From contig CALXEQ010000003.1 in assembly GCA_944387375.1 (NCBI GenBank), positions 69,942 to 133,941 of the forward strand: a stretch of 64,000 bases of DNA, given 5' to 3'. Positions 1 to 9,632 of this stretch are shown here, in pieces (the first letter of the stretch is position 1; each line of letters opens with the position of its first letter). The notes below the pieces were generated by a model, which saw only the letters and a program-made list of their open reading frames with translations, did no database searches and was not told the origin of the DNA. Source of the DNA: an uncultured Clostridia bacterium. Lineage in GTDB: Bacteria > Bacillota > Clostridia > TANB77 > CAG-465. A program made the translations under genes and the position numbers.

Positions 1-153
1 TCTCCTCCAACATAATATTCTTTTTCTTTAAAAGAACATGTTACTGTCTCTTCATCGTTAAATAAAAGTACATATGAAAAAATAGCAAATATAATAACTA
101 ACATAAAAATACTAAATATAAATATTTTCTTTTTATTATATACAAAAAATCCT
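1..153 (-). CDS. N-terminal part of a signal-anchored protein; the ORF runs off the window start
   Basis: ATG at 151-153 (minus strand), then MFKGFFVYNKKKIFIFSIFMLVIIFAIFSYVLLFNDEE... It lies next to a small membrane-protein gene. Truncated by the window edge. Confidence 0.3.
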
Positions 154-513
154 TTAAACATTTACTCCAAGTATTCCTCCAACTATTCCAGTAAGTGCAC
201 AAATTCCAATATATATTCCAAGTGTATTAGTAATACTAAACTGACCATTTAAAATACAAGATATTATAAATAATATTAAAATGCATAATATATTTACTAA
301 CACACCATGTACAATTCCTTGTTTTTTAATTTTTTTGCAAAGAAAAAAAGATGAAATAAAAGCAGATATAGCCATTGATAAAAAAATAGCAGAATCTATA
401 TACATATCATCTATATTAGTATAAGCAAAAACTAATGATACTATAATTAAAAATAAAATTATTGATATTGCAAAGCTTAAAATAGAAAATAAATAATTTT
501 TAATATATTCCAT
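154..513 (-). CDS. small polytopic membrane protein (119 aa)
   Basis: ORF from the six-frame track. The whole protein is hydrophobic helices. No recognisable motif. Confidence 0.45.
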   Translation of the reverse strand: MEYIKNYLFSILSFAISIILFLIIVSLVFAYTNIDDMYIDSAIFLSMAISAFISSFFLCKKIKKQGIVHGVLVNILCILILFIISCILNGQFSITNTLGIYIGICALTGIVGGILGVNV

Positions 514-608
514 ATAATCAACCTCAATTAATTATATGATTTTTTAGTACAAATATACTAAAAATAGGAAAAAATAAAACTGTTGATATTACATCAACAG
601 TTCATAGA

Positions 609-1331
609 TTATAATAATTTCTTAATTTCTTCTTTATCTTGCTCTTGTGGATTTTCTATAAAATAATATTTTATATTTCCGTCTTTATCACTTCCAAAAA
701 CAAGCATTCTATCTCCGATATATTGTGCTTCTTTTATATTGTGACTAACAAATAATACTGTTTGTCCTTTTTCTTTTATTATTCTTTTTGTAGATTCTTG
801 AAGTTTATCTCTAGTCGATGCGTCAAGTGCAGCAAAGGGTTCATCCATCAATATTAAATCTGGTTCTACAGCAAGTGCTCTTGCAAAAGCAACTCTTTGT
901 TTTTGACCACCAGACAAAGTATTTGGATATGCCTCCTTGTACTCATCAAGTTCAACTAAATGTGTATAATACTCTGCCCTTTTTTTTGTCTCTTCTTTGC
1001 CTAATTTCAATTGCTCAATAGAATATGATATATTCTTTACAACATTTCTCCAAGCAAATAATTGCTCATAATTTTGTTGTAAATACATAACATTTCTCGT
1101 AGGTTTTTTATGTTCCTTTCCATTTACTATTATTTTTCCTGAGTCAGGAGATAAAAAACCTGCAACAATCTTTAGCATAGTAGACTTTCCACAACCACTT
1201 TTTCCAATTATACTTAATATCTCGCCACGATCAACTTCAAAAGATAAATCTTTAATAACAATCTTTTTATTCTTTTTGTCTTTATAACTATGTGTTAAGT
1301 TTTCAACTTTTAAAACACTATTCTCGCTCAT
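609..1331 (-). CDS. ABC transporter ATP-binding protein, NitT/TauT (nitrate/sulfonate/bicarbonate) family
   Basis: Walker A GKSGCGKST, ABC signature LSGGQKQRVAFARAL, Walker B LILMDEPFAALD. Overlaps the upstream permease gene by 14 nt. Confidence 0.85.
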   Translation of the reverse strand: MSENSVLKVENLTHSYKDKKNKKIVIKDLSFEVDRGEILSIIGKSGCGKSTMLKIVAGFLSPDSGKIIVNGKEHKKPTRNVMYLQQNYEQLFAWRNVVKNISYSIEQLKLGKEETKKRAEYYTHLVELDEYKEAYPNTLSGGQKQRVAFARALAVEPDLILMDEPFAALDASTRDKLQESTKRIIKEKGQTVLFVSHNIKEAQYIGDRMLVFGSDKDGNIKYYFIENPQEQDKEEIKKLL

Positions 1332-2097
1332 ATGACATCCTCCATTTCTTGATAGTTAATTTTTCTAATGCAACAAATATCTTATCTATTATTACACTAA
1401 CTAAAATTATTAATATTATTCCCACCATTACTTTGGTTAGATTTCCATACGCCCTATTTACATATATATACATTCCAAGTCCACCAGATGTTCCAATGAT
1501 ACCAAATATAGCTTCTGAACTTATTATACTTCTCCATGCTCGTGCACAACCTATTCTCATAGCTGCTATAACTCCAGGTAATATTAGCATCATATATACA
1601 CATAATACCTTTTTAATAGAGCCAATTTGTAAATTAGCAAGTAACTCATGATAAACAGTTGGAATTGATTGTACTTTTTCCATTAAATTTATTATCATAG
1701 GCCACACTACACTGTGAACCACTAAGACAAGCATTGCGTTATCATTAATTCCCATCCAAATTATTACAATAGGTAATATAGCAACGCTTGGCAAAGGAGA
1801 TAATATATTGCAAATAGTTCTAGTAAAATATTCAAAATTTTTAAACTTATCACATAAAATCAAGACAATTATAGATATTATTAAAGATATTATTAGTCCT
1901 AGTAAAACTATTCTAAAAGAATTAATAACCTGTATTACAATACTTCCATCCTGAAGTTCTTGTACAAGCTGAATAACTACCTTAGAAAAAGGTGGGAGAA
2001 CATATGGTGATATAATTCCAAGTCTTGAAACGCTCTCCCAAATTATAATTATGACTACTATCCAAAAGATATTTGACCTTAATATTTTTTCTTTCAT
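1318..2097 (-). CDS. ABC transporter permease (SsuC/TauC-like, BPD_transp_1)
   Basis: 259-aa polytopic membrane protein between the substrate-binding protein and ATPase genes. Typical length and topology for NitT/TauT permeases. Confidence 0.8.
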   Translation of the reverse strand: MKEKILRSNIFWIVVIIIIWESVSRLGIISPYVLPPFSKVVIQLVQELQDGSIVIQVINSFRIVLLGLIISLIISIIVLILCDKFKNFEYFTRTICNILSPLPSVAILPIVIIWMGINDNAMLVLVVHSVVWPMIINLMEKVQSIPTVYHELLANLQIGSIKKVLCVYMMLILPGVIAAMRIGCARAWRSIISSEAIFGIIGTSGGLGMYIYVNRAYGNLTKVMVGIILIILVSVIIDKIFVALEKLTIKKWRMSYERE

Positions 2098-2121
2098 ATT
2101 AAGCCCTCCTTTTTATCTTTT

Positions 2122-3123
2122 TTATCTAGGAATAGAATCATAATTAGGTAAATCTTCTAATTTTAATGGTTTACTTAACATGTCCACATCATAAAGTAAT
2201 TGTGCTAAATCATTGTAACCCGTAACTTTATCTGTAGGTGGTTGATTTTTCATTAAGTCTATTACATCTTCTACATCACAATCATATTGTTTTGCTAAAA
2301 GTTGTGCATTTTTATCCATATCTTTTTCCCAATTTGCAATTACTTCATTTTGAACTTTTCTTACAGCCTCACATATATCTTGATTTTCATTATAAAAGTC
2401 TGTATTTGCAATTAATGCTGTTCCTATGCTATATTTTTCAATTACATCAGAAAAATCTCTTATCTTCTTTACACCTTTATCTGATAAAGCATCTGCTTTT
2501 AAATTAGCTGAGAAAGATAATATACTTCCTTTTATTTGATTTTTAGTTTCTAACATAGAAATTGCCTCTGTATTAGGAATTTTTACAAGCATTGTATTAT
2601 ATTCTTGAACATTAAGTCCCTCTTCCTTTAGTGCCGCTAAATATGCTGCTTGTGGATTTGATGCTAAACCACTAATACTTATTTGATCTCCTGCCTTAAA
2701 GTCTGCTAACGAATTTATATCATCTTGATTTGTATATGCCATAACTGTTGCATATCCATAAAAACTCATAAGTGTTAATGGCATTCCATTATCTATTGCC
2801 GTCATGTATGCCATTATACCTGGCGTACCAATATCTATTTCTCCTGAAACCATCGCATCTCTTATATCTGATGCAGAACTTAAAGTAGTCCATTCTACTT
2901 TTACTCCTTCAGGCATATATTTTTCCATAAGACCTTCCTCTTTAGCAATTTGAAAAACTGCTGAAGCGTAGTTGTCTGGATTGTAATTTATAACTACAGT
3001 CCTCTCTTGTGCCACTCCCTGGCTGTTCTCATCTCCTTTATTATTTTGTAAAACAACAGATGCAATAATAGCCACTATAATAACTGCCAAAATAACAATA
3101 ACTAAAATACTCTTTCTATTCAT
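2122..3123 (-). CDS. ABC transporter substrate-binding protein, NMT1/SsuA-like
   Basis: Signal-anchor N-terminus, periplasmic-binding-protein-like body, operon position. Preferred start is ATG at 3123 (MNRKSIL) with RBS GGAAAGGAG 7 nt upstream. The track's TTG start at 3165 is less likely. Confidence 0.75.
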   Translation of the reverse strand: MNRKSILVIVILAVIIVAIIASVVLQNNKGDENSQGVAQERTVVINYNPDNYASAVFQIAKEEGLMEKYMPEGVKVEWTTLSSASDIRDAMVSGEIDIGTPGIMAYMTAIDNGMPLTLMSFYGYATVMAYTNQDDINSLADFKAGDQISISGLASNPQAAYLAALKEEGLNVQEYNTMLVKIPNTEAISMLETKNQIKGSILSFSANLKADALSDKGVKKIRDFSDVIEKYSIGTALIANTDFYNENQDICEAVRKVQNEVIANWEKDMDKNAQLLAKQYDCDVEDVIDLMKNQPPTDKVTGYNDLAQLLYDVDMLSKPLKLEDLPNYDSIPR

Positions 3124-3260
3124 AGTTATTCTCCTTTCCAACAATTTTTTTACAAATAGTTTCAACTAATATAACCAATTCACCTCCTTACTAAAATTTT
3201 AGTAACAAAGTTACCCAATACTAAATTATTAGTTTTCTTCCCTATTCGTACTCTAGCGCA

Positions 3261-3289
3261 AGTATACCATAGTCTTTTTATTATGTCAA
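3261..3289 (-). promoter_or_regulatory. sigma-A type promoter (TTGACA-17-TATACT) for the ABC transporter operon
   Basis: Minus strand reads TTGACAtaataaaaagactatggTATACT, about 135 nt upstream of the substrate-binding-protein start. Confidence 0.5.
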
Positions 3290-3324
3290 GTATTTTTCAA
3301 ACGATTTGCATTTTTTTGTCGAAA

Positions 3325-3351
3325 AAAGGCACTACTACTAAAGTAATGCCT
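3325..3351 (-). terminator. intrinsic terminator of the DUF975-like gene
   Basis: Hairpin aaggcactac/gtaatgcctt with one mismatch, followed on the minus strand by TTTTTTCGACAAAAAAA. Confidence 0.45.
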
Positions 3352-3358
3352 TATTTTA

Positions 3359-4225
3359 TTATTTTATTGGATTATTATTTTCATTTACATCATTAATTGT
3401 CTGATTAGAAGTTACGTTATTTACAATTTGTTCTGGTTTTTGTATAATTTCAATCTTTCCAGATTCATTAGATATCGGATTTGATTTTACCTTTCCTGCT
3501 AAATTTTCATAGAAGAAAGCCATAGCAACACTCATATATGGGAATAAGAAAATAAATCCTATACCTAATGTAAGAATAGATAATATCATCCATCCTATAA
3601 ATGAAAGTGATAAGAAAATATATTTCAATCTATTTCCTTTCATTAACTTAACAGATAAATCAACTGTATCTTTTGCACTCATTTGTGGATTATCTATAGC
3701 TATATATGTAGAAAGTACACATAGTAATCCTCTTACAATTAACCATACATATCCAATAAATAATATAACTAATACTACTAAATATCCAAGCGATGAAGCA
3801 ACTAGTCCACCTTCATTTCCAGTGATTGCAGACATTGCTACAAACACTGCTAATATAACAATCGCAATTAAACTAATACCAACAATTATTAATGGAACTA
3901 TTAATTTTAATAATATTCTACCAGTAACACACCATGCTCTTGCAAAATCATTAAATGTATACTTAAAAAATTCAAAAGCATTATCTGTTTCTTTTCTTTT
4001 TAATCTTAATAAATTCTTCAAAAAGCCATATGCCAAAGGTATAGTTAATACCACTAAAGCTATATACCCTACAATAGGTATCAAAACATTAAGAAACGAT
4101 AAAACTGCTATTGATAGAACATACATTACATTTAATAATATAAATGTAGCCCAATTTCCAGATAAAGCCTCTCTTGCTTGTGCTCTTATCTCTTTTGCCT
4201 TCATAAAACATTTCCTCCTATACAA
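3359..4225 (-). CDS. polytopic membrane protein, DUF975-like
   Basis: The N-terminus MKAKEIRAQAREALSGNWATFILLNV resembles DUF975 membrane proteins. Multiple TM helices. Confidence 0.5.
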   Translation of the reverse strand: MYRRKCFMKAKEIRAQAREALSGNWATFILLNVMYVLSIAVLSFLNVLIPIVGYIALVVLTIPLAYGFLKNLLRLKRKETDNAFEFFKYTFNDFARAWCVTGRILLKLIVPLIIVGISLIAIVILAVFVAMSAITGNEGGLVASSLGYLVVLVILFIGYVWLIVRGLLCVLSTYIAIDNPQMSAKDTVDLSVKLMKGNRLKYIFLSLSFIGWMILSILTLGIGFIFLFPYMSVAMAFFYENLAGKVKSNPISNESGKIEIIQKPEQIVNNVTSNQTINDVNENNNPIK

Positions 4226-4243
4226 AAATATTAAATATAATTA

Positions 4244-4669
4244 TCATATTTTTTCTTCTACTTCTGCATCTGTTTTAATAGCATTATTTGAAACAACATT
4301 TTTCTTTAACTTATATTTTTTTCTTCTATCGTCAGCCTTTTGCATAAAATCCCTTCTTATAATAGAAAAATTATTTAATATTCTTCCTCCAAATACTATT
4401 ATTGCAGCAAGATATATTTCTACATTTAATATTTCTCCCAAATATACTAAAAACATAGAAAATAATGCATTAAAGAAAAATCCTGATAAAAATATTTTCA
4501 TTTTAAAATTCTTACCTGTACTTGCAGCAAGTGCACCAAAAATAGAATCTAAGCATGCTAAAATTGCAACTGCTACATATTGATAAGTAGAATATGGTAT
4601 GACTATAAATTGTCCTACTAATATCCCAACCACTATAAATAAAACTAATATTATTAATCCTAAAATCAT
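4244..4669 (-). CDS. sbp: small basic protein Sbp (DUF1290) of the division cluster
   Basis: Hydrophobic N-terminal half, basic C-terminal tail (RRKKYKLKK), conserved position after the DUF881 gene as in Bacillus divIB-ylxW-ylxX-sbp. Start ATG at 4669 with RBS AAGGAGAG. Confidence 0.6.
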   Translation of the reverse strand: MILGLIILVLFIVVGILVGQFIVIPYSTYQYVAVAILACLDSIFGALAASTGKNFKMKIFLSGFFFNALFSMFLVYLGEILNVEIYLAAIIVFGGRILNNFSIIRRDFMQKADDRRKKYKLKKNVVSNNAIKTDAEVEEKI

Positions 4670-4673
4670 TGTA

Positions 4674-5429
4674 CTACTCTCCTTGTTTTGCAAAGTTAAA
4701 TGATAAAGCTCCCTCATATTTTGGAATACTAATATTTGTTTCTCTTGTTAGAGTAACTTTTAACCCATATCCATTTAGTACGTCTACAACTCCATTTTTA
4801 ATAGTCATAGCACTTTCTAAATATTGCGAATTTCCAATAGCTTTAATTACAAATGGAGCTGCCACCTTTTGATAATTTACTTGTACTACAGAGCCAACAC
4901 ATCTTACTGCTGATGTATTTATTATTCTTTGCTCATTTACACTTATAGCTTCAGCTCCTGCTACTCTTAATTCATTTATTACAGTTATAATATCACTATC
5001 ATGAACTAATGAATCTGATGAATTTCCATCGTATAAAGTTATTATAATACCTTCACCTTGTACATCAGTAGTACCTGCAAGTAAGGATAACGTATTTATC
5101 TCATTTTTCATTGATGCAATTAAAGTATCATTTGTAGATGAATTTGTTTGATATTCTTCTACTATTTCTTGACTTTCTTCATAATCTTTCTTTAATTCAT
5201 CATATTCTGTTTGAAGTCTAACCAAAGAATCAGCAAGTTCACTTTCTCTTTTACCTTCTAAAATTGCTTCAGATTTACTAATAGTAGTAACTTGAGCTGT
5301 TATCATAATTGTTAATAAAAACAAAGCTATACCTATAGAAACATATGCAGCAATAGAATTTTTTTTCATATATTCTAAGATCTTATTTGTTTTTTTATCT
5401 TTAATACCCTTCTGAGCCAAAATAATCAC
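4674..5429 (-). CDS. DUF881 family division-associated protein (YlxW/YlxX-like)
   Basis: N-terminal TM, coiled coil, C-terminal DUF881-like region. Sits immediately downstream of divIB. Confidence 0.6.
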   Translation of the reverse strand: MIILAQKGIKDKKTNKILEYMKKNSIAAYVSIGIALFLLTIMITAQVTTISKSEAILEGKRESELADSLVRLQTEYDELKKDYEESQEIVEEYQTNSSTNDTLIASMKNEINTLSLLAGTTDVQGEGIIITLYDGNSSDSLVHDSDIITVINELRVAGAEAISVNEQRIINTSAVRCVGSVVQVNYQKVAAPFVIKAIGNSQYLESAMTIKNGVVDVLNGYGLKVTLTRETNISIPKYEGALSFNFAKQGE

Positions 5430-5432
5430 TCC

Positions 5433-6377
5433 TTAATTATATTCAGAATAGACAGGATCTTCTACACTCATGTCTATTGTTCCTTCCATATTATTTCCAT
5501 TTTTTTGCATAATTCCTTTTAAAAATGACACCTTATAATTTAAATTAGAATTATTAGCAAATACTATATTAAGTTTATCATCTAAGGTAACTATTGTCAA
5601 GGAATTAGAGAAATTAACCTTAGTTATACTTCCCTCTATTTGAATGTTTTCAAACTCATTTTTTATACTATTATATACTTCTAATTTTTCTATATAAATT
5701 TCATTAATTTTTTCTCCAAATTTTACATTTTCGCCAAAAGTAAACCCTTCTACTAAAAGTTCGTCTCCTTTAGAGGATAGTTCACACTCCTCAAGCAAAT
5801 ATCCCTCATTATCTATCTTATAATACTTTCCTGTACTACTATCTAAAGCTATATACATAGGATATCTTTCTTCTACATTAATTACTATAGTATCAGGTAT
5901 TAAATAATTAAGTTTAGTATTAGCTATGTAAGGTAAATTTACATTTTTGTTTTCAGAATTTAAAAGTTGCTTAAAAATGTTTTCTCCTAGTTTTAAATTT
6001 GAATTTTGCACTATTTGCTCATCTGAATATTTTGTATTTCCTTCAACTTGTATATTTTCTAAATTAAACGTTTCTAAATTAAACAACAAATATATAAAAG
6101 CAAAAATTATAGCCAAAAAAAATACAATTTTTAAAATAGTAGTAGCTTTTACCTTTTTAGTATTTACTCTATATTTTTCCTCTTTCTCATCTAATACATT
6201 TTGATTAACTCTATTTTTTATTGACTTATTTAATCTTATATCATTATTATTTCTATTAACTTTTTTCTTTTGATTAATATTTGAATTTTTCGGTAAAGGG
6301 CGCAAAGGACCAGTACTATTTTTTAATGCTTTTTTGTTATTTTTAGTACTTGTCCTACCTTTATTCAACCTCATCAC
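5433..6377 (-). CDS. divIB: cell division protein DivIB/FtsQ (POTRA domain)
   Basis: Basic N-terminal tail, single TM, POTRA-like region. Directly follows murG; the murG stop abuts the divIB start. Confidence 0.8.
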   Translation of the reverse strand: MMRLNKGRTSTKNNKKALKNSTGPLRPLPKNSNINQKKKVNRNNNDIRLNKSIKNRVNQNVLDEKEEKYRVNTKKVKATTILKIVFFLAIIFAFIYLLFNLETFNLENIQVEGNTKYSDEQIVQNSNLKLGENIFKQLLNSENKNVNLPYIANTKLNYLIPDTIVINVEERYPMYIALDSSTGKYYKIDNEGYLLEECELSSKGDELLVEGFTFGENVKFGEKINEIYIEKLEVYNSIKNEFENIQIEGSITKVNFSNSLTIVTLDDKLNIVFANNSNLNYKVSFLKGIMQKNGNNMEGTIDMSVEDPVYSEYN

Positions 6378-7496
6378 CTACTTTTGTTTTATACAATTAT
6401 AAATTTTATCCTCAACATCTTTAACAATTACTTTTGCTGCATTATCTCCCATTTTTATTAACTCATTATTATCTTTTATAATATTATCTACAGTACTATT
6501 TAATAATTCCTCTGTTAGATCTTTTTGTTCAATTATTTTTGCTGCTCCAACATTTTCTAATACTTTTGCATTAAAAAATTGATGATTTTCTGCAGCTGTA
6601 GGTAGTGGAATTAAAATAGATGGTTTATGTGCAAGAGCAAGTTCACTTATAGTCATTGCTCCTGCTCTTGTTATACAAAGATCAGATATTTTATACATTT
6701 CATCCATATTAAATATGAACTTTTCTATTTTTATATATTTATCTAGATTAATTTTCTGTTCTTCTTCTATTTTTTCTTTTATACTGCAAACTTCTTCATA
6801 ATTTTTATCTCCTGTAACTAATATATAATATACATCATCACCAGGATATTTTTTTATCATGTTAAGTACCACTTCATTTATTCTTTTTGCACCTTGACTT
6901 CCACATGTAACTAAAATTATTTTTCTATTTATATTTTCAAGTCCAACTTTTTTTAAGCATTCTTCTTTATTTAAATTTTCTATGTCTTCTTCATTAAATT
7001 TAGCGGGAGTTCCAGTATATACAGTGTTAGCCTTTGGAGTTAATCTTTTTTTAGCATCCTCAAATCCAAGCATTACACATCTTGCATCTTTTGCTAAAAG
7101 CTTTACTGAAACACCAGGAAATGCATTACTTTCATGTAAAATATATGGGATTTTTAAACTTTTTGCTGCTTTCATCACAGGACCACATATATATCCACCT
7201 GTACCAATAATTAAATCTGGTTTAAATTCTTTTAATATTTTCTTTGAGTCAAAAATTCCCATATATGCATTTATTAATGCTGTTATATTTTTTAAAGTAA
7301 TTTCTCTTAGAATTTTTCCAGTTCTAATATGTTTAATTTCATATCCAGCATTCTTAACCAATTTATTTTCAAGTCCATTTTCTGTTCCGATAAACAATAT
7401 ATTACTTTCTGGTTCATGCTTTAAAATAATGCCAGCCATTGCTATCGCTGGATTTATATGTCCTCCCGTACCTGCACATGCAAATATAACTTTCAT
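6378..7496 (-). CDS. murG: UDP-N-acetylglucosamine--N-acetylmuramyl-(pentapeptide) pyrophosphoryl-undecaprenol N-acetylglucosamine transferase MurG
   Basis: N-terminus MKVIFACAGTGGHINPAIA, glycosyltransferase family 28 architecture, dcw context. Confidence 0.9.
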   Translation of the reverse strand: MKVIFACAGTGGHINPAIAMAGIILKHEPESNILFIGTENGLENKLVKNAGYEIKHIRTGKILREITLKNITALINAYMGIFDSKKILKEFKPDLIIGTGGYICGPVMKAAKSLKIPYILHESNAFPGVSVKLLAKDARCVMLGFEDAKKRLTPKANTVYTGTPAKFNEEDIENLNKEECLKKVGLENINRKIILVTCGSQGAKRINEVVLNMIKKYPGDDVYYILVTGDKNYEEVCSIKEKIEEEQKINLDKYIKIEKFIFNMDEMYKISDLCITRAGAMTISELALAHKPSILIPLPTAAENHQFFNAKVLENVGAAKIIEQKDLTEELLNSTVDNIIKDNNELIKMGDNAAKVIVKDVEDKIYNCIKQK

Positions 7497-7510
7497 ATAC
7501 TACTTCCCTT

Positions 7511-8647
7511 CTATTGTTCCTTTGTTTTATTACAATTTTTAGATATATTTAAAATAATACCCATTGAACATAAATTAATAAATAATGATGTACCACCATA
7601 ACTAAAAAATGGTAATGTCATACCTGTAACAGGCATACTACATGTCACAACTGCTACATTTATTAATATTTGTATTGCAAATATACTTGTAATTCCTGCT
7701 GCAATTAGTGATCCATAAAAATCTTTACAAGTCATTGCGATCTTATATCCCTTATATATAAAAAATCCAAATAAACCTAATACAACTGTTGTACCAACAA
7801 AACCTAATTCTTCTCCTAAAATTGAAAAAATAAAGTCATTTTGTGCCTCAGGTAACCAAAGATATTTTTGTCTACTTTGACCAAGTCCTCTTCCAAATAA
7901 TCCTCCTGAACCTATAGCATATAAACTTTGCGCTGCTTGCCAGTTATCATCTTTTAAATTCTCTTCTGGATTCATAAAAGCAAGTATTCTTTGTAGTCTA
8001 AAATCTTCAGCCATTACAAATGCTACTCCTACCATTCCTATTACCAATACACCTGCAGCAATAGCCCTAAATTTAAGCTTTATTCCACTAGCAAATATTA
8101 CTGATACTGCAGCAACTATTAATACTAGCATACCACTCATATGCTTTTGCAGATACATTAGTAATACTACTATTAGTAACATAATTATTGGAACAATATA
8201 TCCCTTTATATTATTTAGTTTTTTTACATTTCTAGACAAATAAGTAGCTATTGCTAAAACTAATACAGGCTTCATTATCTCAGACGGCTGTATCTGAAAT
8301 GTTTCTCCTACTCCAAGCCATCTTTGTGCTCCATTTCTTGTAACACCAAGAGGTGTTATTACCAATAGTAATAATATAGCAGCTATAATAAAGGCTAAAT
8401 AGCTCCATTTTTTATATTTTTTATAATCTATTCTTGAAATAATAATCATAGCTATAACACCAAGTATTGCAAAAACTAACTGCTTATTAAATAGCTCATT
8501 ACTATTTCCATAATATATAAGCGAATGATATGAACTAGCAGACGCAACCATAACAAGACCTATGCAAAGTAATATTATAGTTATTACAAACATTCCAAAG
8601 TCCATATTTCCACTTATTTTTTTCATACTATCAACATCTTTTTTCAT
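7511..8647 (-). CDS. ftsW: SEDS family lipid II flippase/peptidoglycan polymerase FtsW/SpoVE
   Basis: 10-TM SEDS protein between mraY and murG. Confidence 0.85.
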   Translation of the reverse strand: MKKDVDSMKKISGNMDFGMFVITIILLCIGLVMVASASSYHSLIYYGNSNELFNKQLVFAILGVIAMIIISRIDYKKYKKWSYLAFIIAAILLLLVITPLGVTRNGAQRWLGVGETFQIQPSEIMKPVLVLAIATYLSRNVKKLNNIKGYIVPIIMLLIVVLLMYLQKHMSGMLVLIVAAVSVIFASGIKLKFRAIAAGVLVIGMVGVAFVMAEDFRLQRILAFMNPEENLKDDNWQAAQSLYAIGSGGLFGRGLGQSRQKYLWLPEAQNDFIFSILGEELGFVGTTVVLGLFGFFIYKGYKIAMTCKDFYGSLIAAGITSIFAIQILINVAVVTCSMPVTGMTLPFFSYGGTSLFINLCSMGIILNISKNCNKTKEQ

Positions 8648-8664
8648 TCAAAAACCCCTACTTT

Positions 8665-9618
8665 TTAAATGAAATATGCTATAACACAGCATATTACAGT
8701 TATAATCCAAAATATCATAACAACTGTTGTTTCTTTGTATCCACTAAGTTCCAAATGATGATGAAATGGTGCCATCTTAAATAATCTTTTTCCTTTTGTT
8801 GCTTTAAAATATAATACTTGCAATATTACAGATACTGTATCAATAATACAAACTAAAGCAACAATAGCTAAATATAATGGCATCTTTAATATTAAAGATA
8901 TGATTGCTACAGCTCCTCCAAGTGCAAGTGAACCAGTATCTCCCATAAATACTTTTGCAGGATGTATATTAAACAATAAAAATCCTATACAGCTTCCTAC
9001 CATACTTGACGCAAAAATCACCATTTCTGTATTTTGTTGTTTTAATGCAACCAGTGTAAAGAAAGTCATTATGATTGCTACAACACCTGTTGCAAGACCA
9101 TCAAGTCCATCTGTTAAATTAACTGCATTTGTTGTACCAAGTAATATAAATGCAGCAAAAATTATAAATAAAGGAATACCTAAAGATATAGGTTGATCTA
9201 CAAAAGGTATTATAATTGTTGTACCCAAGTCAAATACAAACAAATATAATCCTAATATTATTGCAGTAATTAATATTAATCCTAGCATTTTTATTTTAGG
9301 TGAAATTCCCTCTGGATCTTTTAATACTAATTTTTTAAAATCATCTATAAATCCTATAAACCCAAATCCTAAAATAGCCATCATAGGTAGTACTAAAACA
9401 GGATAATCTTTTAAATAAAAAGCTAATATACATGTTACCACTAATATCATGATTATCCCACCCATAATAGGTGTTCCACTTTTTTTAAGATGTGATTGTG
9501 GTCCATCTTTTCTAACATCAGACCCTAAATGTTTCTTTTTTAGTATCGGTACAACAATCATTCCAACTATTACTGTTGCAATAAAAGATACAAATAATAA
9601 AATCGTTTGTATATTCAT
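8665..9618 (-). CDS. mraY: phospho-N-acetylmuramoyl-pentapeptide transferase MraY
   Basis: Polytopic membrane protein with conserved MraY motifs (DDxxD-like FIDDF, NLTDGLDGLA). Confidence 0.9.
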   Translation of the reverse strand: MNIQTILLFVSFIATVIVGMIVVPILKKKHLGSDVRKDGPQSHLKKSGTPIMGGIIMILVVTCILAFYLKDYPVLVLPMMAILGFGFIGFIDDFKKLVLKDPEGISPKIKMLGLILITAIILGLYLFVFDLGTTIIIPFVDQPISLGIPLFIIFAAFILLGTTNAVNLTDGLDGLATGVVAIIMTFFTLVALKQQNTEMVIFASSMVGSCIGFLLFNIHPAKVFMGDTGSLALGGAVAIISLILKMPLYLAIVALVCIIDTVSVILQVLYFKATKGKRLFKMAPFHHHLELSGYKETTVVMIFWIITVICCVIAYFI

Positions 9619-9632
9619 ATTTTTCTCCTTGT

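Noticed and set aside
818-1021. Antisense or alternative-frame ORFs inside well-supported genes, for example 818-1021, 3822-4583, 6982-7542, 12719-13075 and 54122-54526
   Set aside because: They sit entirely within the longer motif-bearing CDSs on the other strand. They have a low-complexity composition typical of antisense AT-rich reading frames.
3166-3260. Possible TPP or SAM riboswitch upstream of the NMT1-type ABC transporter, which is ThiY-like
   Set aside because: The ~135-nt leader has no CUGAGA / ACCUGAUCUGGAUAAUGCCAGCGUAGGGAA-type TPP core and no recognisable S-box elements. It contains only a promoter and RBS.
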